DNA from: Candidatus Bathyarchaeota archaeon
Lineage (GTDB): Archaea; Thermoproteota; Bathyarchaeia; 40CM-2-53-6
Assembly: GCA_005888635.1 (NCBI GenBank)
Contig: VBAW01000017.1
Span: 4,537-68,536, forward strand
Direction: 5' to 3'
DNA: 64,000 nt
Each line of letters starts with the position of its first letter. Positions within the stretch are counted from its first letter, which is position 1. A model generated the notes under the pieces. The model saw nothing but the letters and a program-made list of their open reading frames with translations. It was not told the origin of the DNA and made no database searches. A program made the position numbers and the translations under genes. Of this stretch, positions 44,793-54,482 are shown piece after piece.

Positions 44793-45956
44793 CTATGACC
44801 TCATCACTGCTACAGTACCCACTTGCATCAGATCTCCCCACGCCTGCGCAACGCCTGTCCGGGCGTCCTTCTTGACCTGTCGTTTTCCCGCTTCTCCTCT
44901 CAATTGCCAGAACAGCTCACAGATCTTCATCATGCCAGCGGCGGCGATCGGATTCCCAACTCCCAATAGTCCACCGGAGGGACAGACGGGGAGGTCGCCG
45001 TCCCGCTGGGTTACTCCATCAACAGTCATCTTCGGAGCCTCCCCCTTGCCAGCGAGCTGTAGCCCCTCGAGATGGTGGAGTTCTTTGTAGTCAAAGGGAT
45101 CGTAAGGCTCGGCAATGTCAATCTCCTTCCGAGGGTTCTTGATGCCCGCCATCTTGTAGGCCATCTTGGCCGCCTTCTCAACATACTCCGGATATGCCAA
45201 GTCCCTGTTGGTCCAATGCGTCGAGTCAAGGGTCCAACCTACACCGTCCAGCCAAACAGGCTCATCGGTCAACTTCTTCGCAACCTTCTCCGAAACGAGA
45301 ACGACCGCTGCTGCACCGTCGCTTGGCGGACTTACGTCCAAACGCTTGACAGGAGAACAGATCGGCTCGGAATTCATCACGTCATTCACAGTTATCTTGG
45401 CTCCGAGCTGGGCCGAAGGATGATCAATAGCGTTTCCCTTGTTCTTCACTGCTACCTCTGCGATCTCTTCCTCCTTGATCCCGTACTTGTGCATGTACCG
45501 CCGCATCTCTAGCGAGAAGATCCAGAGCAGTGTGGTACCGAGCGGACGTTCAAGGATCTGGTCAAAGATACTCCAGAAAGCATACTGTGGATGAGGGTGT
45601 AGAGGCGACATCTTCTCCTCCGCGACACAGAGAACCGTATCGTACATTCCGGACGCTACATTCCACCAGCCGCCGATCGGTGTGAAGACTCCTGTTCCAC
45701 CCCCAACATAGACGCGTTCGTGGGGCTTTCCGATTGCTCCCATTCCGTCGAGATAGTATTCTCCTTTCATGTGCACCCCGTCGAAGGCGTCAGGCGCGGA
45801 GCCTGAGACCACGGACTGTATGTCTTTCAGCGTTAGACCCGCCGAGTCTAGGGCCATCTTTGATGCTTCGAAGGAGAGTTCCTTTGGGCTTTCCAGCATA
45901 CGACGTCGGAACAATGTGATTCCAGCGCCTACAATTGCAACTCGACTCTTCATCAC
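44793..45956 (-). CDS. Thiolase-fold (SCP-x-like) protein, apparently lacking the nucleophilic Cys
   Basis: 387 aa with the thiolase-like N-terminus RVAIVGAGITLF, then EEKMS, and C-terminal PSGGLLGVGNPIAAAG ... QLRGEAGKRQV. The position of the catalytic Cys reads VGGGTG, and the usual GHP reads GNP. Confidence 0.8.
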   Translation of the reverse strand: MMKSRVAIVGAGITLFRRRMLESPKELSFEASKMALDSAGLTLKDIQSVVSGSAPDAFDGVHMKGEYYLDGMGAIGKPHERVYVGGGTGVFTPIGGWWNVASGMYDTVLCVAEEKMSPLHPHPQYAFWSIFDQILERPLGTTLLWIFSLEMRRYMHKYGIKEEEIAEVAVKNKGNAIDHPSAQLGAKITVNDVMNSEPICSPVKRLDVSPPSDGAAAVVLVSEKVAKKLTDEPVWLDGVGWTLDSTHWTNRDLAYPEYVEKAAKMAYKMAGIKNPRKEIDIAEPYDPFDYKELHHLEGLQLAGKGEAPKMTVDGVTQRDGDLPVCPSGGLLGVGNPIAAAGMMKICELFWQLRGEAGKRQVKKDARTGVAQAWGDLMQVGTVAVMRS

Positions 45957-45965
45957 AGACTCCTC

Positions 45966-47120
45966 CTAGTTTCCTAGCACCGCTACTGCCCCCGTGGCAG
46001 TGGGTATGCCCCTCCAGCTCTGGACCAAGGCTCTCTTTGCGCTTGGAACCTGCAGTCGGCCTGCTTGTCCTCGCAACTGCATAACTGCCTCTAGCGTCCG
46101 ATGGAGTCCCGTCGCCTCTAGCAAGTGTCCGACTCCAAGTGAGCCCCCTGATGCGTTGACTGGCAATCTTCCATCAATGTCGAAGGCTCCAGCGTCAACC
46201 ATCTTGCCAGCCTTGCCTTTTGTTGCTAGCTTCAACGCTTCCAAGCTTTGTAGCTCCTTGTAGCTGTAGGTATCATCAACCTCGGCCAGGTCGAGATAAC
46301 TAGCGGGACTTCTGATGTTAGCCATCTTGTAGGCTCTGCCCGCTGCCTGTTCAACGTATTCCGCTCGCGCAAGATCTCTGTCTTCAACTACCGGTGTGTC
46401 GGAACTCCATCCAATCCCTTTTATCCAGACTGTATGGTCTCCGAGTTTCCTGGCCTTCTGGGCCGATGCTAGAACGAAAACGATGCTGGCGTCGATTCCC
46501 TTACTTGACTCCAGTTCGGTCAAGGGGGAGGCGGCGACCTGTGAGTTCATCACTATTCCTTTGTCAATGTTGGCTCCGTGAACCCCTCGAGGGTTTGATA
46601 GGGCATTCTTCTTGTTCTTGACCGCCACCTGGGCGCAGTACTCTCTCTTTGTGCCGGTCTCCTTGAGATATCTAGCCATCTCCATTCCTGCGAGGAATCT
46701 GGGGTCCGCGTCGAAGTGGTGATGAGTATAGACTGGGTCGTAGGCGAAACTGGCTATTTCGTCCGGGTTCACGACATCGGAGATTTTACTGTGAGATTCT
46801 ACGACCGCGACGTCAGCGATGCCGGACATGATGTGCATACAGGCTGTAGCTAGTCCGATTATTCCATCTGAGGAGATAGTGCATAATGGTCGTAGGACCG
46901 CGCCCAGCTGGTCGGGCATGTACTCGTCTGTGATGCTGATTCCTTCCCAGAAATCCTCGGTACAGCAGACGAAGCTCTGAACATCCTTTCGAGGGTCTAT
47001 TCCCGCGTCCTCATAGGCGCGAGTTGCAGCTTCAAACATTAGCTCTCGAGTCGAGAGTCCGGGGGTCATAGAATCGAAGCCGGCGTAGCCTACCCCAACG
47101 ATTCCTATCTGGAAGGGCAA
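45966..47120 (-). CDS. Thiolase-fold (SCP-x-like) protein, nucleophile position apparently Ser
   Basis: 384 aa with IGIVGVGYAGF and NASGGSLGVGHLLEATG ... QLRGQAGRLQV. The segment aligning to C-A-(S/T)-G reads S-S-D-G. Confidence 0.8.
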   Translation of the reverse strand: MPFQIGIVGVGYAGFDSMTPGLSTRELMFEAATRAYEDAGIDPRKDVQSFVCCTEDFWEGISITDEYMPDQLGAVLRPLCTISSDGIIGLATACMHIMSGIADVAVVESHSKISDVVNPDEIASFAYDPVYTHHHFDADPRFLAGMEMARYLKETGTKREYCAQVAVKNKKNALSNPRGVHGANIDKGIVMNSQVAASPLTELESSKGIDASIVFVLASAQKARKLGDHTVWIKGIGWSSDTPVVEDRDLARAEYVEQAAGRAYKMANIRSPASYLDLAEVDDTYSYKELQSLEALKLATKGKAGKMVDAGAFDIDGRLPVNASGGSLGVGHLLEATGLHRTLEAVMQLRGQAGRLQVPSAKRALVQSWRGIPTATGAVAVLGN

Positions 47121-47181
47121 GAATCCATCGAGAAAATCGGCGATGAACTGTTTACTATAAGACTTCCGCGAGAAAAAATCG

Positions 47182-48873
47182 TCATTGCGCCATTATGCGT
47201 GGCGTTCCGCAACTGGTGCAGAAATTAGCGGTAGGCGACAGCGGCTGCCCGCATGACCGGCAAAAGCTCGATCCGAAAGCGGGTGCTGGAATCGATTGTG
47301 CTTGAATCATCGCTTGCCGCTGTCTCTCCTTTCTCGCGACGGCTACTGCTACCACAATGGCGATTAGTATCGGTGGAATGACCAGCGTGATCAGTTCTGG
47401 AAGACTGAAGACTTTGGCTATGAGAGACCCGGGATTGCTTATGCTCTGCGTCGTCGTTGAAGATATTCCATAAGGCACTGTGACATGGAAGGTGTAATTG
47501 GCAACTGGCAGCTTTGTGAAGACAGCCTGTCCGTTATTGTCGGTCTTCGCCGTCTCGTTGGTTGAGTCTGGTAGATACATTATGACCGTCGTGTTCTTGA
47601 CTGGAAGTGAGTAGAAGTATCCGACCACGTGCATCGTGACCGAAAAGACATTTGTCGGGACGATCTGGCTGCTCGCGGTTGAGTTGACCACTGCTCCAGT
47701 TGCAACGTTCTTGGCGCGCCATGAGATCTGATTGATCGTCCACTGTCCTGACGGACTGGGAATCTGTTGATTGTTGTAAGTTGTTAGGAATATCTCTCTT
47801 CCAGATGTTGAGTCAGATAGGGAGACCCAAGTTGGCGTGAGGCTGTTCCCATCCATATCGACGAAGGAAAGCGGCGGAAGATTCCAGTTGTTTCCGACGC
47901 ACGACAAAGCTATTGTCGACCACAAGTCTGAGCCGTTAGAGACGCCGCTCCCGCACTGATCTGTAGGATAGGATATGTCACTACCTGTCAAAAAGTCGTT
48001 TTGTCGCCCAAACACTTCAGTGGCGGTGTAGGGATTGGGAAGGGTCATGGAGCTAGTTGCGCCGTATCCAATGTGGACCTTTCCAACCTGGACTAACTGC
48101 CAAGCTCCTGGGTTCGTTTCGTACATGAAACTCTTGAATTCTGCAGGGCCAATAACGTCCGTGTTGGACGTAGTCTGTGCAACCTCTGCAAGAACCGCGG
48201 CCGGGTGACTCCCTGAGTCGGTGTCGCCGCCTCCTAGATAGTACTGTTGTCCTTGCGTTGGGCTCGACCCTAGGAACTGGTTATCCATGTAGAATGACCA
48301 GACACCACTTCCGGTATAGTTCATGGTGTAGGTGTGCCATGATCCGATTGGGCCGGCCGATCCCGCGGGGCCAATTATCGGTGGAGAGTTCGTGTTTCCT
48401 GCTGGGAAGAATTCGTAGAACCATGCGCAACAATAGTACTGGTTAGTTGTGGTTAGCCCATTGTAATATCCGACCTGGACGAAGGCCCCGTTAGCCAGTA
48501 TGCTACCGACCCAGTAAGAGTGCGCATCATTGTTGACCTTGTCGTATACAGTCCTGATCATTACACTTGCGCCTACGCTCTTGTAAATGCCTGAATCGCC
48601 GATCGCTCCTACTTGGAACCAGAAAGGGTCGCCGGCTGTGGCGCTTGTCACTCCCATGGGGCCCTGGGGTATCAGAAGAGGCTGCCCAGAGACCGAGCCG
48701 GAAGGAGCGAGAATATGATTCGAGGTTGCTCCTCCGAAGTAGATAATCCCGACGACAGCGAGAACGATAATGCTCCAGGTCCTCGCGCTCGGGCATCGCC
48801 AGCTGGTCAAGACAAGAGAAGAAAGCCGGTGCGGTGCTGAAAAACGTGTTGTACTAAAGATTAAACGGACCAA
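47182..48873 (-). CDS. Large extracytoplasmic protein with a C-terminal TM helix and cytoplasmic zinc ribbon
   Basis: 563 aa with an N-terminal signal anchor (WSIIVLAVVGIIYFGG). The segment SYWVGSILANGAFVQVGYYNG ... YYCCAWFYEFFP resembles the WVG...Q.G...AW.E..P pattern of concanavalin-like/peptidase-G1 folds. The C-terminus has a TM helix (LITLVIPPILIAIVVAVAV) followed by CRSCG...CTSCG. The start is uncertain: the listed start is a TTG, and another TTG at 48810 is possible. Confidence 0.6.
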   Translation of the reverse strand: MVRLIFSTTRFSAPHRLSSLVLTSWRCPSARTWSIIVLAVVGIIYFGGATSNHILAPSGSVSGQPLLIPQGPMGVTSATAGDPFWFQVGAIGDSGIYKSVGASVMIRTVYDKVNNDAHSYWVGSILANGAFVQVGYYNGLTTTNQYYCCAWFYEFFPAGNTNSPPIIGPAGSAGPIGSWHTYTMNYTGSGVWSFYMDNQFLGSSPTQGQQYYLGGGDTDSGSHPAAVLAEVAQTTSNTDVIGPAEFKSFMYETNPGAWQLVQVGKVHIGYGATSSMTLPNPYTATEVFGRQNDFLTGSDISYPTDQCGSGVSNGSDLWSTIALSCVGNNWNLPPLSFVDMDGNSLTPTWVSLSDSTSGREIFLTTYNNQQIPSPSGQWTINQISWRAKNVATGAVVNSTASSQIVPTNVFSVTMHVVGYFYSLPVKNTTVIMYLPDSTNETAKTDNNGQAVFTKLPVANYTFHVTVPYGISSTTTQSISNPGSLIAKVFSLPELITLVIPPILIAIVVAVAVARKERQRQAMIQAQSIPAPAFGSSFCRSCGQPLSPTANFCTSCGTPRIMAQ

Positions 48874-48901
48874 GGAAAGGGCCGACGATGAGAGAGTCCC
48901 G

Positions 48902-50071
48902 ATGGTCGGTTTCTTTGGTCCGGAACAGAAAGAACTCGTTCAGATGATGTACGGGTCGACATCCGAAGATTATCTGCTCCTTCTTGAGTCGTTGGGAGAT
49001 TTCTTCGAGAAGGAGATAGAGCCGACAGCTCGTCAGATCGACGTGAAGGCAGAGTTTCCTCGAGAGAACATTCGGAAACTCTTCGAGCAAGGATTCACCA
49101 GCATGGGCTTTCCAAAAGATTTTGGTGGCCTTGAACTTCCATGGCCTATTTACGTCGCGGCGATGGAGATGTGCGGGAAGGCTTGCGCAAGCACCGCTCT
49201 CTCCCTCGCCATTCACGGGACCTGTTGTGAGGGAGTTCGCCAATTCAGCAATCCCAGTCAAAAGAAAGAGTATCTTCCCCAGATGATAAGCGGCAAAAAG
49301 TTTGCGGGCTTTTCTTTGACCGAGCCAGGCGCGGGCTCCGACGCACGCAATCTTCAGACCACCGCGCGTCTCGAAGGTGGACAATGGGTGGTGAATGGTA
49401 CGAAAATGTTCACCACAAACGGCGGCCACTGCGATCTCTACTTCCTCTTCGCCAAGACTCCCAAGGGACCCTCAGCATTCCTCGTTGACGCAAAGTCTGC
49501 GAAATCTAGTAAGCATATCGACAAGCTGGGATATCGAGGCTCGGTTACCGCGGAGGTTGTCTTCGAGAATGCTCATGTTCCAAAGGAGAGCCTCGTCGGT
49601 ACCGAGGGAGAGGGTTTCGAGTATGCGAAGAAGATGCTTTTTGGGGGAAGAGTGACTGTCGGGGCCATTTCCACTGGGATTGCTCGGGCTGCTTTTGACA
49701 AGGCTGTCAAGTACAGCAAGGACCGGACCGCTTTTGGGAAACCCCTCTCAGACTTTGAGATGATACAGTCCAAGCTAGCCGACATGCTGACGGATATCAA
49801 CGCGTCGAGGATGATGGTCTACCGAGCAGCATACTTGAAGGACCAAGGAAAGCCGTTCGAGTCTGAGGCTGCCCAAGCCAAGGTCTTCGCTAGCGAGCAT
49901 GGATTGAGAGTCTGCGACGAGGCGATCCAGATACATGGAGGCTATGGCTATGCGGACGAGTTTGATGTGCACCGGCACTGGCGAGATTCAAGACTCAATA
50001 CTCTTGGGGAGGGGACCTCGGAAATCATGAGGCTGATTATCTCGAAGAACATCATTAAGGGGATGAAGTAA
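48902..50071 (+). CDS. Acyl-CoA dehydrogenase
   Basis: FSLTEPGAGSDARNLQTTA and IHGGYGYADEFDVHRHWRDSRLNTLGEGTSEI. The start is set at the ATG at 48902 (MVGFFGPEQ), giving 389 aa. Confidence 0.9.
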   Translation: MVGFFGPEQKELVQMMYGSTSEDYLLLLESLGDFFEKEIEPTARQIDVKAEFPRENIRKLFEQGFTSMGFPKDFGGLELPWPIYVAAMEMCGKACASTALSLAIHGTCCEGVRQFSNPSQKKEYLPQMISGKKFAGFSLTEPGAGSDARNLQTTARLEGGQWVVNGTKMFTTNGGHCDLYFLFAKTPKGPSAFLVDAKSAKSSKHIDKLGYRGSVTAEVVFENAHVPKESLVGTEGEGFEYAKKMLFGGRVTVGAISTGIARAAFDKAVKYSKDRTAFGKPLSDFEMIQSKLADMLTDINASRMMVYRAAYLKDQGKPFESEAAQAKVFASEHGLRVCDEAIQIHGGYGYADEFDVHRHWRDSRLNTLGEGTSEIMRLIISKNIIKGMK

Positions 50072-50492
50072 GCCTCTGACTCTGGTTGTGAGGCTTCCCA
50101 GGCTGGAATGATTATAGTCGATTTTTCGATAGTGCAGGTTTCCGACTGAGTCCTTCCGACACCGCGGATTGCATGTGCAGATCGATGAAAATAGCTCAGA
50201 ATATGCCCTGATCCGAAATCGGGGCAGGCGGTTTGAGATCGCGACTTTTTCACGCTGAGCTCTCCGCTTAGTCTGCAATTGGGAAAACGTCTGATCGTTC
50301 TATTCTACGCCCTGAACAACGAGACTCGCCCATTTCATTTTCAACTGGCAGGACCCCTCTCCGAAAAATCTCAAAAGCAGTTGATCCTCGCGACACGAAA
50401 CTGCCTTTCAACCCTAAGGTTATTACAATCCGAGGGGTCGGTGACGGTTATCTGGAATAGTCGTGTTTACAATCAGAAGAGCCAGGAATTAG

Positions 50493-51164
50493 TTGAGAGC
50501 CTTAATCATCGGAGCTGGGAGGATTGGAATGCACCTTATTCGGTACCTCTCGAGCAGCGATGACAATCGACTGACCGTTATAGAGAAGAAACAGGAGCGC
50601 TGCAAGGAAGCATCCACCAACTCCGATGCAACCATTCTAAACGCCGATGGCTCCAAGCCTGACGTTCTCAAGCTGGCAGAGGCTTCACAAGCGGACATTG
50701 TCATAGTTACGACGGACGATGACAGAGTCAACCTGGCTGCAACCAGACAGGCGAAGAAGGAGTTCGGCGTTCCCCGCATTATCGCTGTGGCAAACAGCCC
50801 CAAGAACAAGGAACGACTAAGAGAAGCAGGGGCTGACATGGTCATCTGCCCAGCCGAGTTAGCCCTCAAAGACCTCGAAAACATGCTGGAGAGAGATCGC
50901 GCGGTCACTCTCATGTACCGATCGGAATTGGACCTGCGGGTTGCTGAGACAGTAATTCCGCTCAACGCGACCCTCATCGGAAAGAAGATCCATGAGATAC
51001 AGATGCCAGAGAAATGCAGAGTCGCCCTAGTATGTAGAGACAGCAGCTACGTCTTCCCCGAAGCCGAACTCGAACTCAAATCCGGAGACAAAGTTCTGCT
51101 ACTAGGCGACGCGCCATCTGTCGCGCGAACCGTGGAACTCTTAAGGTCAAGCGAAACAGCCTAG
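50493..51164 (+). CDS. trkA: TrkA-type potassium transport regulatory protein (RCK N and C domains)
   Basis: MRALIIGAGRIGMHL is a Rossmann/TrkA-N motif. The C-terminal region is TrkA-C-like (KIHEIQMPEKCRVALVCRDS...GDKVLLLG). Confidence 0.85.
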   Translation: MRALIIGAGRIGMHLIRYLSSSDDNRLTVIEKKQERCKEASTNSDATILNADGSKPDVLKLAEASQADIVIVTTDDDRVNLAATRQAKKEFGVPRIIAVANSPKNKERLREAGADMVICPAELALKDLENMLERDRAVTLMYRSELDLRVAETVIPLNATLIGKKIHEIQMPEKCRVALVCRDSSYVFPEAELELKSGDKVLLLGDAPSVARTVELLRSSETA

Positions 51165-51192
51165 CACCCTTCGGGGTAGGGCTGGACAAAGA

Positions 51193-51948
51193 GTGGCCTC
51201 CAACATATTCGACCTGTTCACCAGTCCGCCCGCCGAGCAGATCCTCACCATAATACTCATTCTCGTACTCACCTACTCAGTCGTCCGGGTGTACAGGAGC
51301 ATCATTACAAGAATAGCAGGCACTGTCCCATCTGGATTGATCGTCAGCCTGCAACAGATAGGAACGTGGTCCATCAGGATATTCGGCGCCTTCTACATAC
51401 TCAACACACTCAACGTCAACATACTCCTACTAGTCGCGCTACTCTCCCTCGGGGGTCTCGCGATGATCGTGGCCTACAGGAACATTCTTGCTGACATGGC
51501 CGCGTCCCAGTTCGTGTCCACATTCCAGCCGTTTAAGGTCGGAGAATGGATCGAAGTGCAAGACTACTACGGACGAGTAATCGAGAGAAATCTGATACAA
51601 ACAAAGATCCTTACACCAGACAACGAAATAGTCATCATCCCGAACTCGACATTGTTGAGAAGATCTGTCATTAACCGCACCCGCTCAGGAGCCCTCCGCA
51701 TCCAGATACCAGTCGCAGTCAGCACAGAGATAGACCTGGCGAAGATTCAGGATCAACTGCTACACATCGCTGAGGACATCAAGGTCGACCTACTCCCAGA
51801 CACGATCCCCCAAGTCCGCGTTACCCAAGTAACCCCACAGGAGACCCAGCTCGTCCTCCTCCTACAGATCGCCAACCCTGCCAAACGGGACCAGATAATT
51901 TCTGAGGTTCAAAAGCAATTCTACGAACTTCTCTCCAAGAGAAACTAA
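51193..51948 (+). CDS. Small-conductance mechanosensitive channel (MscS family)
   Basis: Three TM helices followed by FKVGEWIEVQDYYGRVIERNLIQTKILTPDNEIVIIPNSTLL, the MscS beta-domain signature. Confidence 0.8.
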   Translation: MASNIFDLFTSPPAEQILTIILILVLTYSVVRVYRSIITRIAGTVPSGLIVSLQQIGTWSIRIFGAFYILNTLNVNILLLVALLSLGGLAMIVAYRNILADMAASQFVSTFQPFKVGEWIEVQDYYGRVIERNLIQTKILTPDNEIVIIPNSTLLRRSVINRTRSGALRIQIPVAVSTEIDLAKIQDQLLHIAEDIKVDLLPDTIPQVRVTQVTPQETQLVLLLQIANPAKRDQIISEVQKQFYELLSKRN

Positions 51949-52025
51949 GCCCAAATAGCCTCAAATATCATAGCGCTGGAGGACCCGGCTGTTTCAGCGC
52001 CCATAGATGACTGAGGAACTTCTGT

Positions 52026-53495
52026 TTGACACAGCCCGCCCAGAGACCTGCCGGGCGCAGAAGACAAGGACTTAGACGAAACATCGGCATCCTGGGCAAC
52101 TTCGCCTTCGGCTACGCCGACGTAGCAGAAGGGATCTACTTCACCCTAGGCCTCGTCGTGATATACGCAGGCGCGGCCGCAACATACGCATACCTCTTCG
52201 CGACAACAGCCTACATTCTCACAGCCCTCTGCTACGCAGAACTCGCCAGCTCCTACCACCAGGCCGGAGGCGCTTTCGTATACGCTAGAAGAGCATTCGG
52301 GCGAAACATCGCTTTCCTCGCAGCCTGGGCACTCCTTCTCGATTACGTCGTCACTACCGCGATTTCCTCTCTTGCCGCTATAGGCTATCTAGGCTACTTC
52401 TTTCCCCAACTCAATGCGCCACTACTGATCGGTGGAGCTACCGCAGCCGCGATACTCTTTCTGATGAGCCTCAACATCCTTGGAATAGGCGAGTCGGCAA
52501 AATTCTCATACTTTCTAGTTCTGTTCAACCTGGCTGGAATGGCACTTGTTCTAGCGACCGGCTTCTTGTTCTCCTACAGACCCGGGCTCAACACTCTTCA
52601 TTTCGGCACCTCGCCGACATATCCCAACTTCCTATACGCGATCACAATCGCCATGTCCGGGTACCTTGGGATCGAAGTCATATCGCAGACCGCCGGAGAG
52701 ACTAGGAGACCGGCCAAGAATATTCCAAGAGCCGTATTCCTGATTAGCGCGGCCGTTGTTGCAGCTACGCTTTCCTTCTCAACCCTAGCACTGGGAGTCA
52801 GAAGTTATCAGGAGTTCCTGAGCAACCCCGCCAGCATAAACGACCCGGTATCTTTCATCGCCCTCGCATTTCCGAATGGCTGGATTCTTGCCGGCTTCGC
52901 CGCCATCTTGGGAATGTCCGTTCTTCTAGTTGCTGCCAATGCCGGGATAATTGGATCGTCACGCATAAGCTACGCAATGAGCCGGGACGGCGTAATACCC
53001 AAGGCGTTCGGAAGACTCCACAAGAAGCGCAATACCCCATTCATTTCGATAATCGCGTTTTCTTCGGTATCTGTCGCGCTTGCTCTCTCAGGTGAGCTCA
53101 GCTTTGTGGCAGAGTTGTACAATTTTGGAGCACTAATCGCATATGTGATCGTCGGTCTAAGCCTAATCTCTCTTAGAAACAAAGAGAAGGCCGTTTTCCG
53201 TCCATTCAAGACTCCAGGAAGCATTAGCATCAGGCCATTTTGGAAGAGAAACACCAATGAGGCTTCAGCGAGTTACGAGCGGTACACAATTCCAATTATA
53301 GGAGTGCTAACCATAATCGCAGATCTAGCGATCTGGCTTCTCGTAGTCGTTCTTCACCCGCTTGGCAGGATCTTCGGCAGCATCTGGATGGGCTTCGGAC
53401 TCTTGCTACTGTTCGCATACACGAGAATTCAGAAAACGAAACAGGACCCTTCGTCTGATTCGCATTCCGCAGAGGAGCGCCAAAGTTCGGAATAG
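52026..53495 (+). CDS. APC-superfamily amino acid permease
   Basis: 489 aa with about 12 TM helices and typical APC segments (AELASSYHQAGGAFVYA, GIEVISQTAGETRRP). Confidence 0.85.
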   Translation: MTQPAQRPAGRRRQGLRRNIGILGNFAFGYADVAEGIYFTLGLVVIYAGAAATYAYLFATTAYILTALCYAELASSYHQAGGAFVYARRAFGRNIAFLAAWALLLDYVVTTAISSLAAIGYLGYFFPQLNAPLLIGGATAAAILFLMSLNILGIGESAKFSYFLVLFNLAGMALVLATGFLFSYRPGLNTLHFGTSPTYPNFLYAITIAMSGYLGIEVISQTAGETRRPAKNIPRAVFLISAAVVAATLSFSTLALGVRSYQEFLSNPASINDPVSFIALAFPNGWILAGFAAILGMSVLLVAANAGIIGSSRISYAMSRDGVIPKAFGRLHKKRNTPFISIIAFSSVSVALALSGELSFVAELYNFGALIAYVIVGLSLISLRNKEKAVFRPFKTPGSISIRPFWKRNTNEASASYERYTIPIIGVLTIIADLAIWLLVVVLHPLGRIFGSIWMGFGLLLLFAYTRIQKTKQDPSSDSHSAEERQSSE

Positions 53496-53577
53496 CCGTC
53501 TGTAAGTCTTTTGAAAAAGAGAGCGAACAGCTGTCGGCGACATCCTTTGCTGGACATTGGTCGCTGTTGAACCGAGA

Positions 53578-53973
53578 CTACTCATTAAGCCTCTTCAATC
53601 GCTTCTCGATCACGTCGATCTGTTTGGACAGAAATGACTTGTATGCTCGTAGAAGCTTGACCTGTTGTGTTTTCGTTTGAGCATCGATCGTATTCATCGT
53701 TCGCTTGAACGTTTCAGAGGTCTTCTCGAGAGTCTCGTCTATTGTCGCAGAGACCTTCGGGGCCTTGTCTTGCACAAACTTACTAGTCGAATCAACCCAA
53801 GTCTTGCTTGCAGAGGCGAGATCTCTTCGAGCATGATCCATGTCTCGACGTATTCTCTCAAGGGCTATCCTGATGTCACGCCTCGCATGCTCAGATCCTT
53901 TCCTAGAAGACAATTCATGGCAAGGGACATCACCGTCCCAAGATAAATCTTCAATTTGAACAGCCCGGCCCAA
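53578..53973 (-). CDS. Hypothetical charged helical (coiled-coil-like) protein
   Basis: 131-aa ORF with no recognisable motif. Confidence 0.4.
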   Translation of the reverse strand: MGRAVQIEDLSWDGDVPCHELSSRKGSEHARRDIRIALERIRRDMDHARRDLASASKTWVDSTSKFVQDKAPKVSATIDETLEKTSETFKRTMNTIDAQTKTQQVKLLRAYKSFLSKQIDVIEKRLKRLNE

Positions 53974-54008
53974 CCAATATTACTGAGAACCACAACCGAC
54001 CTCCAGCA

Positions 54009-54428
54009 ATGAAGGGAATCAAGGAGAAAGTCTACCACGCCTGGAAGACTGGAACTTATCCCAGTCCCGCGACGAAGACCCTTGGCATCAAAATAATAGA
54101 ACTCTCCGAGGGACGCTCCCTAGTCGAAATGCAGATCGACGAGCATCTCCACAACATGTCAGCCACCATGCACGGAGGAGTAATGGCCGACATTGCAGAC
54201 GCAGCTATGGGAATAGCCATTTCCACCACTATATCTCCAGACGAGGACTTTACTACGATGGAGATGAAGATCAGTTTCTACAGACCACACATCAAGGGAC
54301 CATTGAGAGCAGAAGGGATCGTGGCGAAACGAGGAAAAAGGGTGGCCTTCGCAGAAGCGGTCCTGACGAATCAGCAGAAACAAATCATCGCCAAAGCGAA
54401 TGGCACGTGGCTCTTCCTGACGACATAG
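54009..54428 (+). CDS. PaaI/hotdog-fold acyl-CoA thioesterase
   Basis: 139 aa with NMSATMHGGVMADIADAAMGIA, typical of PaaI-type thioesterases. Confidence 0.8.
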   Translation: MKGIKEKVYHAWKTGTYPSPATKTLGIKIIELSEGRSLVEMQIDEHLHNMSATMHGGVMADIADAAMGIAISTTISPDEDFTTMEMKISFYRPHIKGPLRAEGIVAKRGKRVAFAEAVLTNQQKQIIAKANGTWLFLTT

Positions 54429-54482
54429 ATTTTCAAATTTCGGTCAGACCTCTGCCTAGTCCGGATGACTTATCATGCTTGA

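Noticed and set aside
50489-50977. Long antisense ORFs inside well-supported genes, for example 50489..50977 opposite trkA, 33500..33958 inside HMGCS, 60023..60583 opposite the membrane protein, 48854..49429 opposite ACAD, 883..1272, 35102..35539 and 55431..55883.
   Set aside because: The opposite-strand genes have strong family motifs. The antisense translations are low-complexity (Arg/Ser/Pro-rich) and carry no motifs.
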